Below, piece after piece: positions 7,973-16,234 of a stretch of 18,354 bases of DNA. Both the position numbers and the translations under genes were made by a program. Each line of letters opens with the position of its first letter. Positions within the stretch are counted from its first letter, which is position 1. This DNA comes from Leptolyngbyaceae cyanobacterium (GTDB lineage Bacteria > Cyanobacteriota > Cyanobacteriia > Phormidesmidales > Phormidesmidaceae): positions 1-18,354 of the forward strand of contig JBHJHA010000111.1 in NCBI GenBank assembly GCA_050331235.1. Reading direction: 5' to 3'. The notes under the pieces are model-generated. The model searched no databases. It had not been told where the DNA came from and saw only the letters and a list, made by a program, of their open reading frames with translations.

Positions 7973-9163
7973 TTAATGGCTGTGGTGGTGATGCCCATGG
8001 CCATGATGATGATCATGTTCGTGAGCATGACTATGGGGTTGGGCCTGAGCATGAGCGATCGCCAGTTCCGGGTTGACCGAGAGCGCATCTTCGTCCAAAA
8101 GATCACGAATCTGGTCGTGGGCCCACCCAGCAACCATCTCTAAAAATGCGGGATGATCGTTGACACAGGGCATTTGGATGAAGCTGACATCCTTATGCTT
8201 TGTGCGCACATTTTCAATAATGTGTTCCACATCCAACAGGGTCTCGTGATTTTCTGTCGCAAAGCCAATGGGCATAAAGACTAATGCCTTGGCACCTAAA
8301 TCGATCAAGTTTTGCGCCGCCAGTTTGGCATTCGGCTGAGTCCACTTAATCAAAGGAGTTTGGTGATTGAGCCAGCCGACGGAGATCAGCGGATAGCGAT
8401 AAATCAGCCGCTCACGCACGCGCTCATACAAAATCTGGCTCTCATCAATTCCAGAGGTAAACCCTTTAGCCTCAAATGGACAGCCGTGATTCATCAGCAC
8501 AATGCCAATTTGGGAGGGTAGGTATGCATTCGCCAATTCACTGGCGATTTTCTCTTCTACCATCCGCTCCATGAGGTCAAGGTAGGCGGGCTGATCAAAG
8601 AAAGAAGGAATATATCGCACCCCTTTGACCCAGTGCTCACCCCCATCACTGAGCTGGGCCAGCGCATGATTCACCTGCTCAACGGCAATGCCACTGGTAA
8701 AAATGGAGTCCACCACTAGTAAGGGATAGATCAACAGCTTAGTAAAGCCTTCGGCTTTGACCTGCTCGAGCACTTGGTCCGGCAGAAACGGCTTGCAAAA
8801 GTTAAACGCTTTGAAGACTTTGACGCGATCGCCCCAATGGTCCTGGAGCGATTTTTCAATTCCCGCCCGCTGCTTTTCAAAAATCGCGTTGTGGGGAGAA
8901 ATGAACTTGTCATGTTGATGGCTCCACTCGTGCAGGTCGAACATCGCCAGCAGTTTAGCCATCGGTGGATATACCCATGTTGGCACAGGGGCAAACTTGG
9001 CCGTCAATAGATTCAAAGCTTGTTCATTGTAGTTAGCGAAATCGTCGTAGCTTTCGACTTCGCCATACCCCATCAACAGTACCGCTACCCGGTCATGACC
9101 AGAGGCAGAATGCATTGTGGGAGATTGAAAATTTTCCTGAATGTTTTGAGTGGTAGTAACCAA
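7973..9163 (-). CDS. Ferrochelatase-family (class II) chelatase paralog with poly-His C-terminus
   Basis: VAVLLMGYGE, SPHNAI, LLIYPL, MNHG (catalytic His position), KWTQP, PIGFATENHETLLDV (catalytic Glu position) and CVNDHP. No CAB domain. TTG start with a GAGGA RBS. Confidence 0.85.
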   Translation of the reverse strand: MVTTTQNIQENFQSPTMHSASGHDRVAVLLMGYGEVESYDDFANYNEQALNLLTAKFAPVPTWVYPPMAKLLAMFDLHEWSHQHDKFISPHNAIFEKQRAGIEKSLQDHWGDRVKVFKAFNFCKPFLPDQVLEQVKAEGFTKLLIYPLLVVDSIFTSGIAVEQVNHALAQLSDGGEHWVKGVRYIPSFFDQPAYLDLMERMVEEKIASELANAYLPSQIGIVLMNHGCPFEAKGFTSGIDESQILYERVRERLIYRYPLISVGWLNHQTPLIKWTQPNAKLAAQNLIDLGAKALVFMPIGFATENHETLLDVEHIIENVRTKHKDVSFIQMPCVNDHPAFLEMVAGWAHDQIRDLLDEDALSVNPELAIAHAQAQPHSHAHEHDHHHGHGHHHHSH

Positions 9164-9255
9164 AACTGTTCCTCGATGACGCGTGACTGGTCGTTAGATA
9201 GATTTAGCGATTGAACTGACAGAGAAACTGCGCAGCCTTCCATTCTTACGCTAAC

Positions 9256-9272
9256 ATCCCCCTAGGGGGGAT
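9256..9272. promoter_or_regulatory. G/C-tract palindrome resembling a CsoR/RcnR/InrS operator
   Basis: ATCCCCC-TAG-GGGGGAT (7-3-7) lies about 90 bp upstream of the chelatase start, just upstream of a candidate minus-strand -10 TAGCGT. Confidence 0.55.
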
Positions 9273-9470
9273 AACACTAACCTCGGCAGAATCGTTGCAC
9301 TCCCTCAAATCGCTAGCCGCTCACATACTGAATCGACAACCACCCAAGCAAGCTCAAAGACTCCGTTGCGAGTCCCCTTTATTATCAAGAGCTATTTCCA
9401 AAACCAGTCAAGTTAATAGAAATTTTTTAGCAACCCGCTACATTATTTTGCCATCGAAGAAATTATCGGC

Positions 9471-10226
9471 ATGCATCATCCCTCCCCATCTATCCCTATC
9501 GCACCCCATCGAGTGGCAAAAACGCTGCACAGCAGTTACCCCTGGTTATTTATCAGATCGCGCGTATCCGAATTTTGTGAAACTTTTTTTTGGAATCCGC
9601 GATCGACCTGGATCGGAGCACTCTTGGGCGTTTCGCTGGTTTCGCTGCCAGTATTTTTAGAGGCCCCCATAGTGCGAGTTGCGCCCTGGCTTGGGGTGGC
9701 GATGACCGGCCTATGGATTTGGCTCGGCAACCGTCTCAGCCGTCATCTGCCCACCGCCTTTGCCGGCGACCTCTTGATAGGGTTGAGCTGGAGTTGGCTG
9801 GCTGGTGCCATTTACTGGGGGTGGTTTCGGTGGGAGCCCCTATGGCATTTACCCATTGAGTCAATCGGCTTGCCCGTGGCGCTATGGGGCTTATATCGTG
9901 GTCGTCGTAAAGTCGGGCATTGGTTTTACCTAGGGTCACTATTAGGCACAGCCATTACCGATTTGTACTTTTACTGCACAGATTTACTGCCTTATTGGCG
10001 GCAGCTGATGCTAGCCTCCCCGGATCAGGCACTTAATATCATTCGCACAGCGTTTGTACACATTCAGACCGTTGAGGGGTTAGGCATTGCCACGGTCTGT
10101 GCAGGATGGCTGCTGGTACTGGCCTGGTGGGGGTGGCGGTCATCCCAGCGACATTTTTGGGTCTTTAGCGGCACGCTCATCGGCACGCTATTGGTCGATA
10201 GCTTATTTCTTGGGTTAGCCCTTTAA
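9471..10226 (+). CDS. DUF3120-family cyanobacterial membrane protein
   Basis: LVSLPVFLEAPIVR, GDLLIGLSWSWLAGAIYWGWFRWEPLWHLPIE and FYLGSLLGTAITDLYF. The true start may be downstream of 9471. Confidence 0.8.
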   Translation: MHHPSPSIPIAPHRVAKTLHSSYPWLFIRSRVSEFCETFFWNPRSTWIGALLGVSLVSLPVFLEAPIVRVAPWLGVAMTGLWIWLGNRLSRHLPTAFAGDLLIGLSWSWLAGAIYWGWFRWEPLWHLPIESIGLPVALWGLYRGRRKVGHWFYLGSLLGTAITDLYFYCTDLLPYWRQLMLASPDQALNIIRTAFVHIQTVEGLGIATVCAGWLLVLAWWGWRSSQRHFWVFSGTLIGTLLVDSLFLGLAL

Positions 10227-10422
10227 ACCAACGCGAAATGGTGGAGGCTACCAGCATCAGCAGCTGCCCAATTATCAACTTGGGGTATGCTCGCTCCCTG
10301 GGGACACCGCGACCCAGCCTGAACCTACAGAGCTACAGGCTTAGTGCTACGGTAGAGAGAGCTATGTCGGAGGATGGATATCTTTTTTTTATCTTCTTCA
10401 TAGGATATGTGTTTACGAATAA

Positions 10423-10451
10423 TTCAATAATTATTAACAAATAGTTACAAT
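10423..10451 (+). promoter_or_regulatory. Promoter of the DUF2993 gene with overlapping HLR1-like (RpaB) repeat
   Basis: TTCAAT-17bp-TACAAT in an AT-rich stretch. TTAACAAA-TA-GTTACAAT at 10434..10451 fits (G/T)TTACA(T/A)(T/A)-N2-(G/T)TTACA(T/A)(T/A) with one mismatch. Confidence 0.5.
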
Positions 10452-10483
10452 GAAGGCATAACGTTCAACTCCTACTTAGTGAG

Positions 10484-11254
10484 ATGACATCTATTGTGTT
10501 TGGTAATTTGCCCGTTCCTGGCCAAAGTGGCGACCGTGTGGTCAGTAAAGCCGTCACTGCTGCTATTTCTGCGCTGTTTAAGCAGACAGAAAAGCTAGAG
10601 GCGATCGTTCGGGCTGAGCCGGTAGCTAAGCTGCTACAGGGCAGTGTCGACGGGTTTGATTTTTTAGGCCAGGGGCTGCTGATGTATAGCGGTCTGAGAG
10701 TTGAGTCGATGGAGTTTTACGTCCAGTCAGTCTCCATTGACTTTGGTGCGATCTTCAAAGGCAAGGTCAAGCTCAAGCAGCCAACCCAAGCCAACATGCG
10801 CATTGTTTTGACTGAGGAAGATCTCAACGCCTCTTTCAATACGCCCTTTCTGATCAACAAGATGGAGCAGCTACAGTTTGAAGGCAAGCCCCTCCATTTT
10901 GAACAAACTAGCCTTGAGGTAGCCGGCGATCGCCTACTGAAATTTTCCAGTCAAGTCCGAGTTGGCGACTCAGATACGATTACTCCGGTTAGCTTCACGA
11001 CCCATATCGATGTCCAAGAGCGCCGCAAAATCCAGTTTACCAATGTCGATTACAGCGATAGCGCTGCTGGTGAAAAGCTCAGCGTTGCTATTGTCAATCA
11101 TCTCAATGACCTACTCGACCTAGATAAGTTTGCTCTCGATGGGATGCAGCTCCGGGTCGACCAGCTCCGTCTGCGCAATCAGAAGCTGACACTTTACGGC
11201 ATTGCTAACATCACCGATTTCCCCCGACGGAATGCAGCGGCGGTGGCAGCGTGA
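10484..11254 (+). CDS. DUF2993/LmeA-like protein
   Basis: VRAEPVAKLLQGSVDGFDF, SVSIDFGAI, RIVLTEEDLNASFN and LLDLDKFALDG are typical of cyanobacterial DUF2993 proteins. Confidence 0.78.
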   Translation: MTSIVFGNLPVPGQSGDRVVSKAVTAAISALFKQTEKLEAIVRAEPVAKLLQGSVDGFDFLGQGLLMYSGLRVESMEFYVQSVSIDFGAIFKGKVKLKQPTQANMRIVLTEEDLNASFNTPFLINKMEQLQFEGKPLHFEQTSLEVAGDRLLKFSSQVRVGDSDTITPVSFTTHIDVQERRKIQFTNVDYSDSAAGEKLSVAIVNHLNDLLDLDKFALDGMQLRVDQLRLRNQKLTLYGIANITDFPRRNAAAVAA

Positions 11255-11392
11255 ACGGCTTGACTCTCTTAAACAATGTCGGGATCACTGTCCAACGGCT
11301 TTCCAGTACAATGAAATTAGCGCTATTGCAGAGCCTTCAGCGGCAAGCTCTGACAAGCTTTGTAGAGCAACCAGTACTGTGGCAATAACGGG

Positions 11393-12784
11393 ATGGACTC
11401 AAACTCGACACTCAATCAACTCAAAGCTGCCCTCCCCCAGGGACAATTGCCCTCTAGCTATCGGGTTTATTTCAAAAACACCCTTATCGCCCTTTGCCAC
11501 GCCTTAGAAGACCATATTCTGAAAAGCGCAGCTCAGTTTCCAGAGCAACAGCCCTTGGTACTGGTGACCTTTCAAGAGGGCAAATGGTATCTGCAGGAAG
11601 CTGATCGATATCTGGAGATCGCCCAACATTCATCCGAGGTGGCGATCTCCGCCTGTGCTGACAGTGGTTTTGAGACCCATCCAACCAGCAAGCTTGATAA
11701 CGTTTCCCTCATAGAGCTTGACCCAGCCGATAGCTTGGTTAATGAGTGGAACCTAATTATTGTGGCTCCGGGCTACACCGCAATGGTGCTGTGCCATGAG
11801 CTTTCACCAGAGGAGTATCAGGCAGATACCCAGCCCCGCAATGATGTTGAGCGGAAGTTTTACGGACTGTGGACCTTTGACCGCGTGGCTGTCGAGGCCG
11901 CTGCTTCGATCCTCATCGAGCGGATGCGGCCCTATGATGAGGCATTAGCAGGTCGCCTACAAAACCTACAGCAGCAAATGACGGCCTCGCCCGACACGGT
12001 ACCAGTTGACTTGACCAGTGTTGTTTCTCGTATTGTGAATTATTTGCAGGATAGCCAAGAGCACTTAATCACTGCCAATCGCCAAGCCCGGGAGCTCTGG
12101 GAGCTCGAAGGCCACGCTCTGAGGGTCAATCGCAATATGACAGCCAACAAGCTGCAGGCTTTTTTACGGATGGCCCAGCGCGTTGATGAGCGGGATCAAG
12201 AAAATCCTCTTGCTTCTTTGCAAGTTGCAGCATTGGCTGAAACACTCGGCCAAGTTTTAGATTTGCCAACAATTCGACTGCGGCGATTACGGTTGGCTGG
12301 GCTACTGTTTCGCATTGGTTTAGCAGAAGCCCCGATTGAGGTGTTTCAGCAGCCAGCGAGTCAACTTAGAGAATCTGAGCTCGTCACCTGGAACAATCGG
12401 GCCTATTTAGGCGGACAACTGTTAGCGGCCATGGCCGAACTGGAGCCCGTTCGTGTCATCGTGAGCCATCAACTCGAAAATTGGGATGGCAGTGGCCGAC
12501 CGGAAGGGCTGCGGGGAGAAGCGATTCCCCTGGAGTCGCGAATTCTACGACTGGTTGCCCATTTTCAGGAATTGACTCAGCCGCGGGGCGATCGCCCCGA
12601 GTTGAGCCCCACTGATGCCCTGGCAAAGTGCGAGCAGCACAGCGGAACTCGCTTTGACCCGACTTTGTTAGAGCATTTGACTACAGTGGTGCGCTTGACA
12701 GAGATTGGCATGATGAAGCTGCCAGATCGTCCTAGCCAACTACCCAAGGTCTGGCTGGAAGAGTCGTTAACTCCTATCAACTAA
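11393..12784 (+). CDS. DICT sensory domain fused to a degenerate HD-GYP-like domain
   Basis: N-terminal YFKNTLIALCHALED, TFQEGKWY, EWNLII and RKFYGLWTFD (DICT). C-terminal ENWDGSGRPEGLRGEAIPLESRI and SGTRFDP (HD-GYP scaffold). Confidence 0.85.
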   Translation: MDSNSTLNQLKAALPQGQLPSSYRVYFKNTLIALCHALEDHILKSAAQFPEQQPLVLVTFQEGKWYLQEADRYLEIAQHSSEVAISACADSGFETHPTSKLDNVSLIELDPADSLVNEWNLIIVAPGYTAMVLCHELSPEEYQADTQPRNDVERKFYGLWTFDRVAVEAAASILIERMRPYDEALAGRLQNLQQQMTASPDTVPVDLTSVVSRIVNYLQDSQEHLITANRQARELWELEGHALRVNRNMTANKLQAFLRMAQRVDERDQENPLASLQVAALAETLGQVLDLPTIRLRRLRLAGLLFRIGLAEAPIEVFQQPASQLRESELVTWNNRAYLGGQLLAAMAELEPVRVIVSHQLENWDGSGRPEGLRGEAIPLESRILRLVAHFQELTQPRGDRPELSPTDALAKCEQHSGTRFDPTLLEHLTTVVRLTEIGMMKLPDRPSQLPKVWLEESLTPIN

Positions 12785-12803
12785 GCCGTTAAGTCCTGTC
12801 GTT

Positions 12804-13430
12804 ATGAACCCATCTACTGCTACTTCATCCTTAGATCTTGCGGAGATTCGCGCCGGTCGTCAAAAGACACTTGAGGGAGCAATTTTATCTGGGCAAGACT
12901 TATCAGGGGTTGACCTCAGCAATGCTAACTTTGAGCGGGCAAATCTCGCCGGTAGCAATTTGGCTGGAGCCAATCTCAAAGGCTGTAGCCTCCGCTGTAA
13001 TCTTCGTGGAGCTAATTTGGGCGGGGCTAATCTCACGAATGCTGATTTTCGCAATGCCGAGCTTCAAGGGGTCACCTTTATTGAGGCACAGTTTCATCAA
13101 ACCAGCTTTTCTGGGGCTTTTTTAGCCGGTGTCACGTTAAGTCAGGCTGATTTGGCAGGAGCCGATTTTCGTGGGGCTGACCTGCGCGGGGCTGACCTGC
13201 GTGGGGCTAATTTGCAGCAGGCCGATCTGAGCTATGCCAATTTGGCTGGAGCTAACCTGTCGCAAGCCAATTTAGAGGAAGCCAACTTAGAAGGCGCGAT
13301 CGCCCGAGGTGCCAACTTTACCGAGGCCAATCTGCTGTGTATCGAAGGAGAAGATGCTACCTGGGATGGAGCGTGCTTTGACGGTGCCGCGAGTGCAGGC
13401 AGTATTTTAGCTAACATAAATAACAGTTAA
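12804..13430 (+). CDS. Pentapeptide repeat protein
   Basis: Near-continuous A(D/N)Lxx repeats over most of the 208 aa. Confidence 0.93.
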   Translation: MNPSTATSSLDLAEIRAGRQKTLEGAILSGQDLSGVDLSNANFERANLAGSNLAGANLKGCSLRCNLRGANLGGANLTNADFRNAELQGVTFIEAQFHQTSFSGAFLAGVTLSQADLAGADFRGADLRGADLRGANLQQADLSYANLAGANLSQANLEEANLEGAIARGANFTEANLLCIEGEDATWDGACFDGAASAGSILANINNS

Positions 13431-13446
13431 GTGCACGGTCTTTGTT

Positions 13447-13914
13447 GTGAACCTCCCATCCTTTATCTGGTTATGGCGTATTGCCGCTTGGTCGATGGGG
13501 CTAGCGGTCTTTCTCTTCATTTGCCTCGCCATCATTGGGGGATGGCTTCGATATCAGCGATTAGCTGGTGAACTGGCACCAGCCATTAATAGCCAGTCAG
13601 CGTATCGGCCAGCATTGCGCCGGGTGCACTTCAGTATGGGGATTTTGCTGGTACTAACTGTTTTATTACTGCTGGCCATCGGGATTGTTGGCACCTTAGG
13701 CCATTTCGGCAGTTTAGGACATTCCCTTCACTTACCTGCCGGACTTACAGTAGTTGCTCTGACCGGCATCTCTGCTTGGTCAGCAACTCAGATCAATCAT
13801 CCGCAGACGCCCTGGGCGCGATCGTTGCATTTGATTGCCAACGGTTTACTATTGGTAGCGCTTGCGCTGGTCACTTGGTCAGGTTGGGCTGTGGTCCAAA
13901 AATATTTACCTTAA
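13447..13914 (+). CDS. DUF4079-family membrane protein
   Basis: MNLPSFIWLWRIAAWSMG, GIVGTLGHFGSLGHSLHL, WARSLH and terminal VVQKYLP. Four hydrophobic segments. GTG start 16 bp after the pentapeptide gene. Confidence 0.75.
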   Translation: MNLPSFIWLWRIAAWSMGLAVFLFICLAIIGGWLRYQRLAGELAPAINSQSAYRPALRRVHFSMGILLVLTVLLLLAIGIVGTLGHFGSLGHSLHLPAGLTVVALTGISAWSATQINHPQTPWARSLHLIANGLLLVALALVTWSGWAVVQKYLP

Positions 13915-14025
13915 ATTCTTTTATTGAACAGTCAGGTTTACTAACGAAATCCAACAAGCGCTTTGGGGGCCAATTTCAAAGCATTGGGGCAAGCCTCTGC
14001 TGATTCCTCACGTAACCCATAGGGC

Positions 14026-15240
14026 TCACTTTTGGACGGGAGTGTTAGTTTGAGTGCGTTCAGTTCTTACCCAATCAGACTGTGGCTTGACCAAAAACTT
14101 CAAATACAGCGGGATCTTCCACAGCAGATACCCCACAAATGACACCAAGCTGCTCAAGGGAATCTCTCTACGGGCAAAGCGGAACCAAGCCGCGCCAATC
14201 GCGACGAACATCAGTGCCCCTGACACAACAGAAATCGTTGTCGGCCACCAGCTCAGGCCAAAGCTACCCGTAGCGGCCGTTAGCCCAGACGCCAAGGTCC
14301 ACAGTATTACCAGTAGCGTTAGCGGCGGAATAGCGAGATCTAACCCTAAGGCAAGCAAATCGAGCCTTCCTTGCTTGAAGCTCTGAAAAAGTAACTGGGG
14401 CACATAGTCCTGCAATACTTTTAGGTGACCATGCTCCCAGCGGGTTCTTTGGCCCGTTGCAGCGGTATTGCTATCTGGTAGCTGGCCCAACACCTTGACC
14501 GTGGGATCAAATATCGGAGCATACCCGGCGATCGCGAGATCTAGGCCCAGCTTCATATCTTCAACAATGTGACCGCTCGCCACGTCCACTGAGGTCAAGA
14601 CAGACCAAGGAAAAGCCATCCCCGTGCCAAAGAGCAGACTAGGCAAGCCGAGTTTTAGATAGCCGAGGGGACGTACCCAGTTCTTGACCATAATGGCAAA
14701 GGCTGAAATCAGCGCCTTAGCGCTGCGCTGTTGTGGCGTATCAAACAAGTAAAGCGCCTGCACAGGACGTCCGGTCTGGAGGGCTTGAGCTGCGAGCATA
14801 AGGAGCGACCCCTGCGTCACCAAGCAGTCAGCATCCATCATAATCACGACGTCAGGCTGTTGAGCCGCCAGGGACTGAATTCCAAAGTCAAGGGCGTAGC
14901 CTTTGCCCCGTCGATGGGCGTCCTGACGTTCTAGCACCTGGGCCCCAGTGGCCCGAGCGACTGCTGCCGTATCGTCAGTGCAGTTGTCGGCAATCACCAG
15001 GAGTTTGTCTTGCGGGCGGAGCTGTTGCTGAATGCCTTGGAGCACCGGACTGATAGTCGTCGCCTCATTGTGAGCCGGCATCAACACAGTAATACGAGCC
15101 GTCTTTGGCAGAGAAGGGACCTCAGCCCTGGGCGTCGGCATTAAGACAGCCGCCAGACACTCCACAACTAAAGTCATCGTAGGAATGGCGATCGCAATTG
15201 CCAACAGCAGCAGTGCACTCTGAACGATAGGTAGCAGCAT
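14026..15240 (-). CDS. Family 2 glycosyltransferase with C-terminal membrane segments
   Basis: LMPAHNE, IADNCTDDT, GKGYAL, MDAD (DxD), IVED and QRTRWE (QxxRW). Start placed at the ATG at 15240; the ORF stays open to 15300. Confidence 0.9.
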   Translation of the reverse strand: MLLPIVQSALLLLAIAIAIPTMTLVVECLAAVLMPTPRAEVPSLPKTARITVLMPAHNEATTISPVLQGIQQQLRPQDKLLVIADNCTDDTAAVARATGAQVLERQDAHRRGKGYALDFGIQSLAAQQPDVVIMMDADCLVTQGSLLMLAAQALQTGRPVQALYLFDTPQQRSAKALISAFAIMVKNWVRPLGYLKLGLPSLLFGTGMAFPWSVLTSVDVASGHIVEDMKLGLDLAIAGYAPIFDPTVKVLGQLPDSNTAATGQRTRWEHGHLKVLQDYVPQLLFQSFKQGRLDLLALGLDLAIPPLTLLVILWTLASGLTAATGSFGLSWWPTTISVVSGALMFVAIGAAWFRFARREIPLSSLVSFVGYLLWKIPLYLKFLVKPQSDWVRTERTQTNTPVQK

Positions 15241-15573
15241 AACCACTTTAAATATGTCGCGACGAACCAAGCGTTGGTGAATAAAACGCTGATCTATCAA
15301 GACTTATAGCGCCTTGGATGTGTCCTGATTTTAATCAGAAGCTGCATAAATTTACTGACCCTAGCCTCAGACTTTACAGGAGCTTTACTCGATATCGCCC
15401 AAATTAAAATCGCTGCGGCCGTACTGAACAGCCCCCCGGGAAACATGTAGCGGCTGGGTGGCGCGATCGCCCGCGCCACTATGGGACTTGGCCCCGGCCC
15501 CGCAGCCAGTTCCCCCATAGAATGGCTGGACTATCGCACAATAGACCTATCGGTTCTTATCATCTTTGTACCC

Positions 15574-16203
15574 ATGGCTCCTTCATCGGCATCTTCTGAT
15601 CGCCTATCGCCCAACTTTTGGGAAAGTCGGTATCAAGCAGGGACAACACGCTGGGACCTGGGACAGGCTTCCCCACCCCTGACTCACCTCCTGCAGCAGC
15701 CCGACGCACCCCCTCCCGGCAAAGCGATCGTGTTGGGATGTGGCCGGGGGCATGATGCCGTGTTCTTAGCTCAGCAGGGCTTTGATGTTGTGGGGGTCGA
15801 CTATGCACCGTCGGCGATCGCGGCGGCGACCCAAGCAGCTGCAGCCGCCCAAGTACAAGCGGAGTTCTGGCAGCGCAACATCTTTGAACTACTGCCTGAA
15901 TATGCTGAGCAGTTTGACTACGTCGTCGAGCACACCTGCTTTTGTGCCTTAGAACCGGCACTGCGCGATCGTTATATCGACCTCGTCCATAACTTGCTGA
16001 AAGCTGACGGTCAGTACATTGCAGTCTTTTTCACCCATGGCCGGACTGGGGGACCGCCTTATGGCATTCAGCCGGCGACACTAAAACAGCTCTTTAGCCA
16101 ACAGTTTGAGATTCTACAGTTGGAGCCCGCTCAGCATTCTGTTCCCTCTCGTCAAAACGAAGAACACATTGGCGTCTTTCAAAAACAGGAAGCAACCTAT
16201 TGA
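15574..16203 (+). CDS. TPMT / thiol-halide-type SAM methyltransferase
   Basis: FWESRY...TRWDLGQASPPL, VLGCGRGHD, FDYVVEHTCFCAL and GGPPY. Start reassigned to the ATG at 15574. Confidence 0.85.
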   Translation: MAPSSASSDRLSPNFWESRYQAGTTRWDLGQASPPLTHLLQQPDAPPPGKAIVLGCGRGHDAVFLAQQGFDVVGVDYAPSAIAAATQAAAAAQVQAEFWQRNIFELLPEYAEQFDYVVEHTCFCALEPALRDRYIDLVHNLLKADGQYIAVFFTHGRTGGPPYGIQPATLKQLFSQQFEILQLEPAQHSVPSRQNEEHIGVFQKQEATY

Positions 16204-16234
16204 GGCGGATTGGTTGACGGAGAACAGCATCACC

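Noticed and set aside
7973..9163. Assigning the symbol hemH
   Set aside because: Motifs diverge from canonical cyanobacterial HemH and the CAB domain is absent; the substrate is unproven.
13955..14000. GCTTTG/CAAAGC inverted repeat between the convergent DUF4079 and GT2 genes
   Set aside because: Only a 6-bp stem with an 11-nt loop and no U-tract; too weak to call a terminator.
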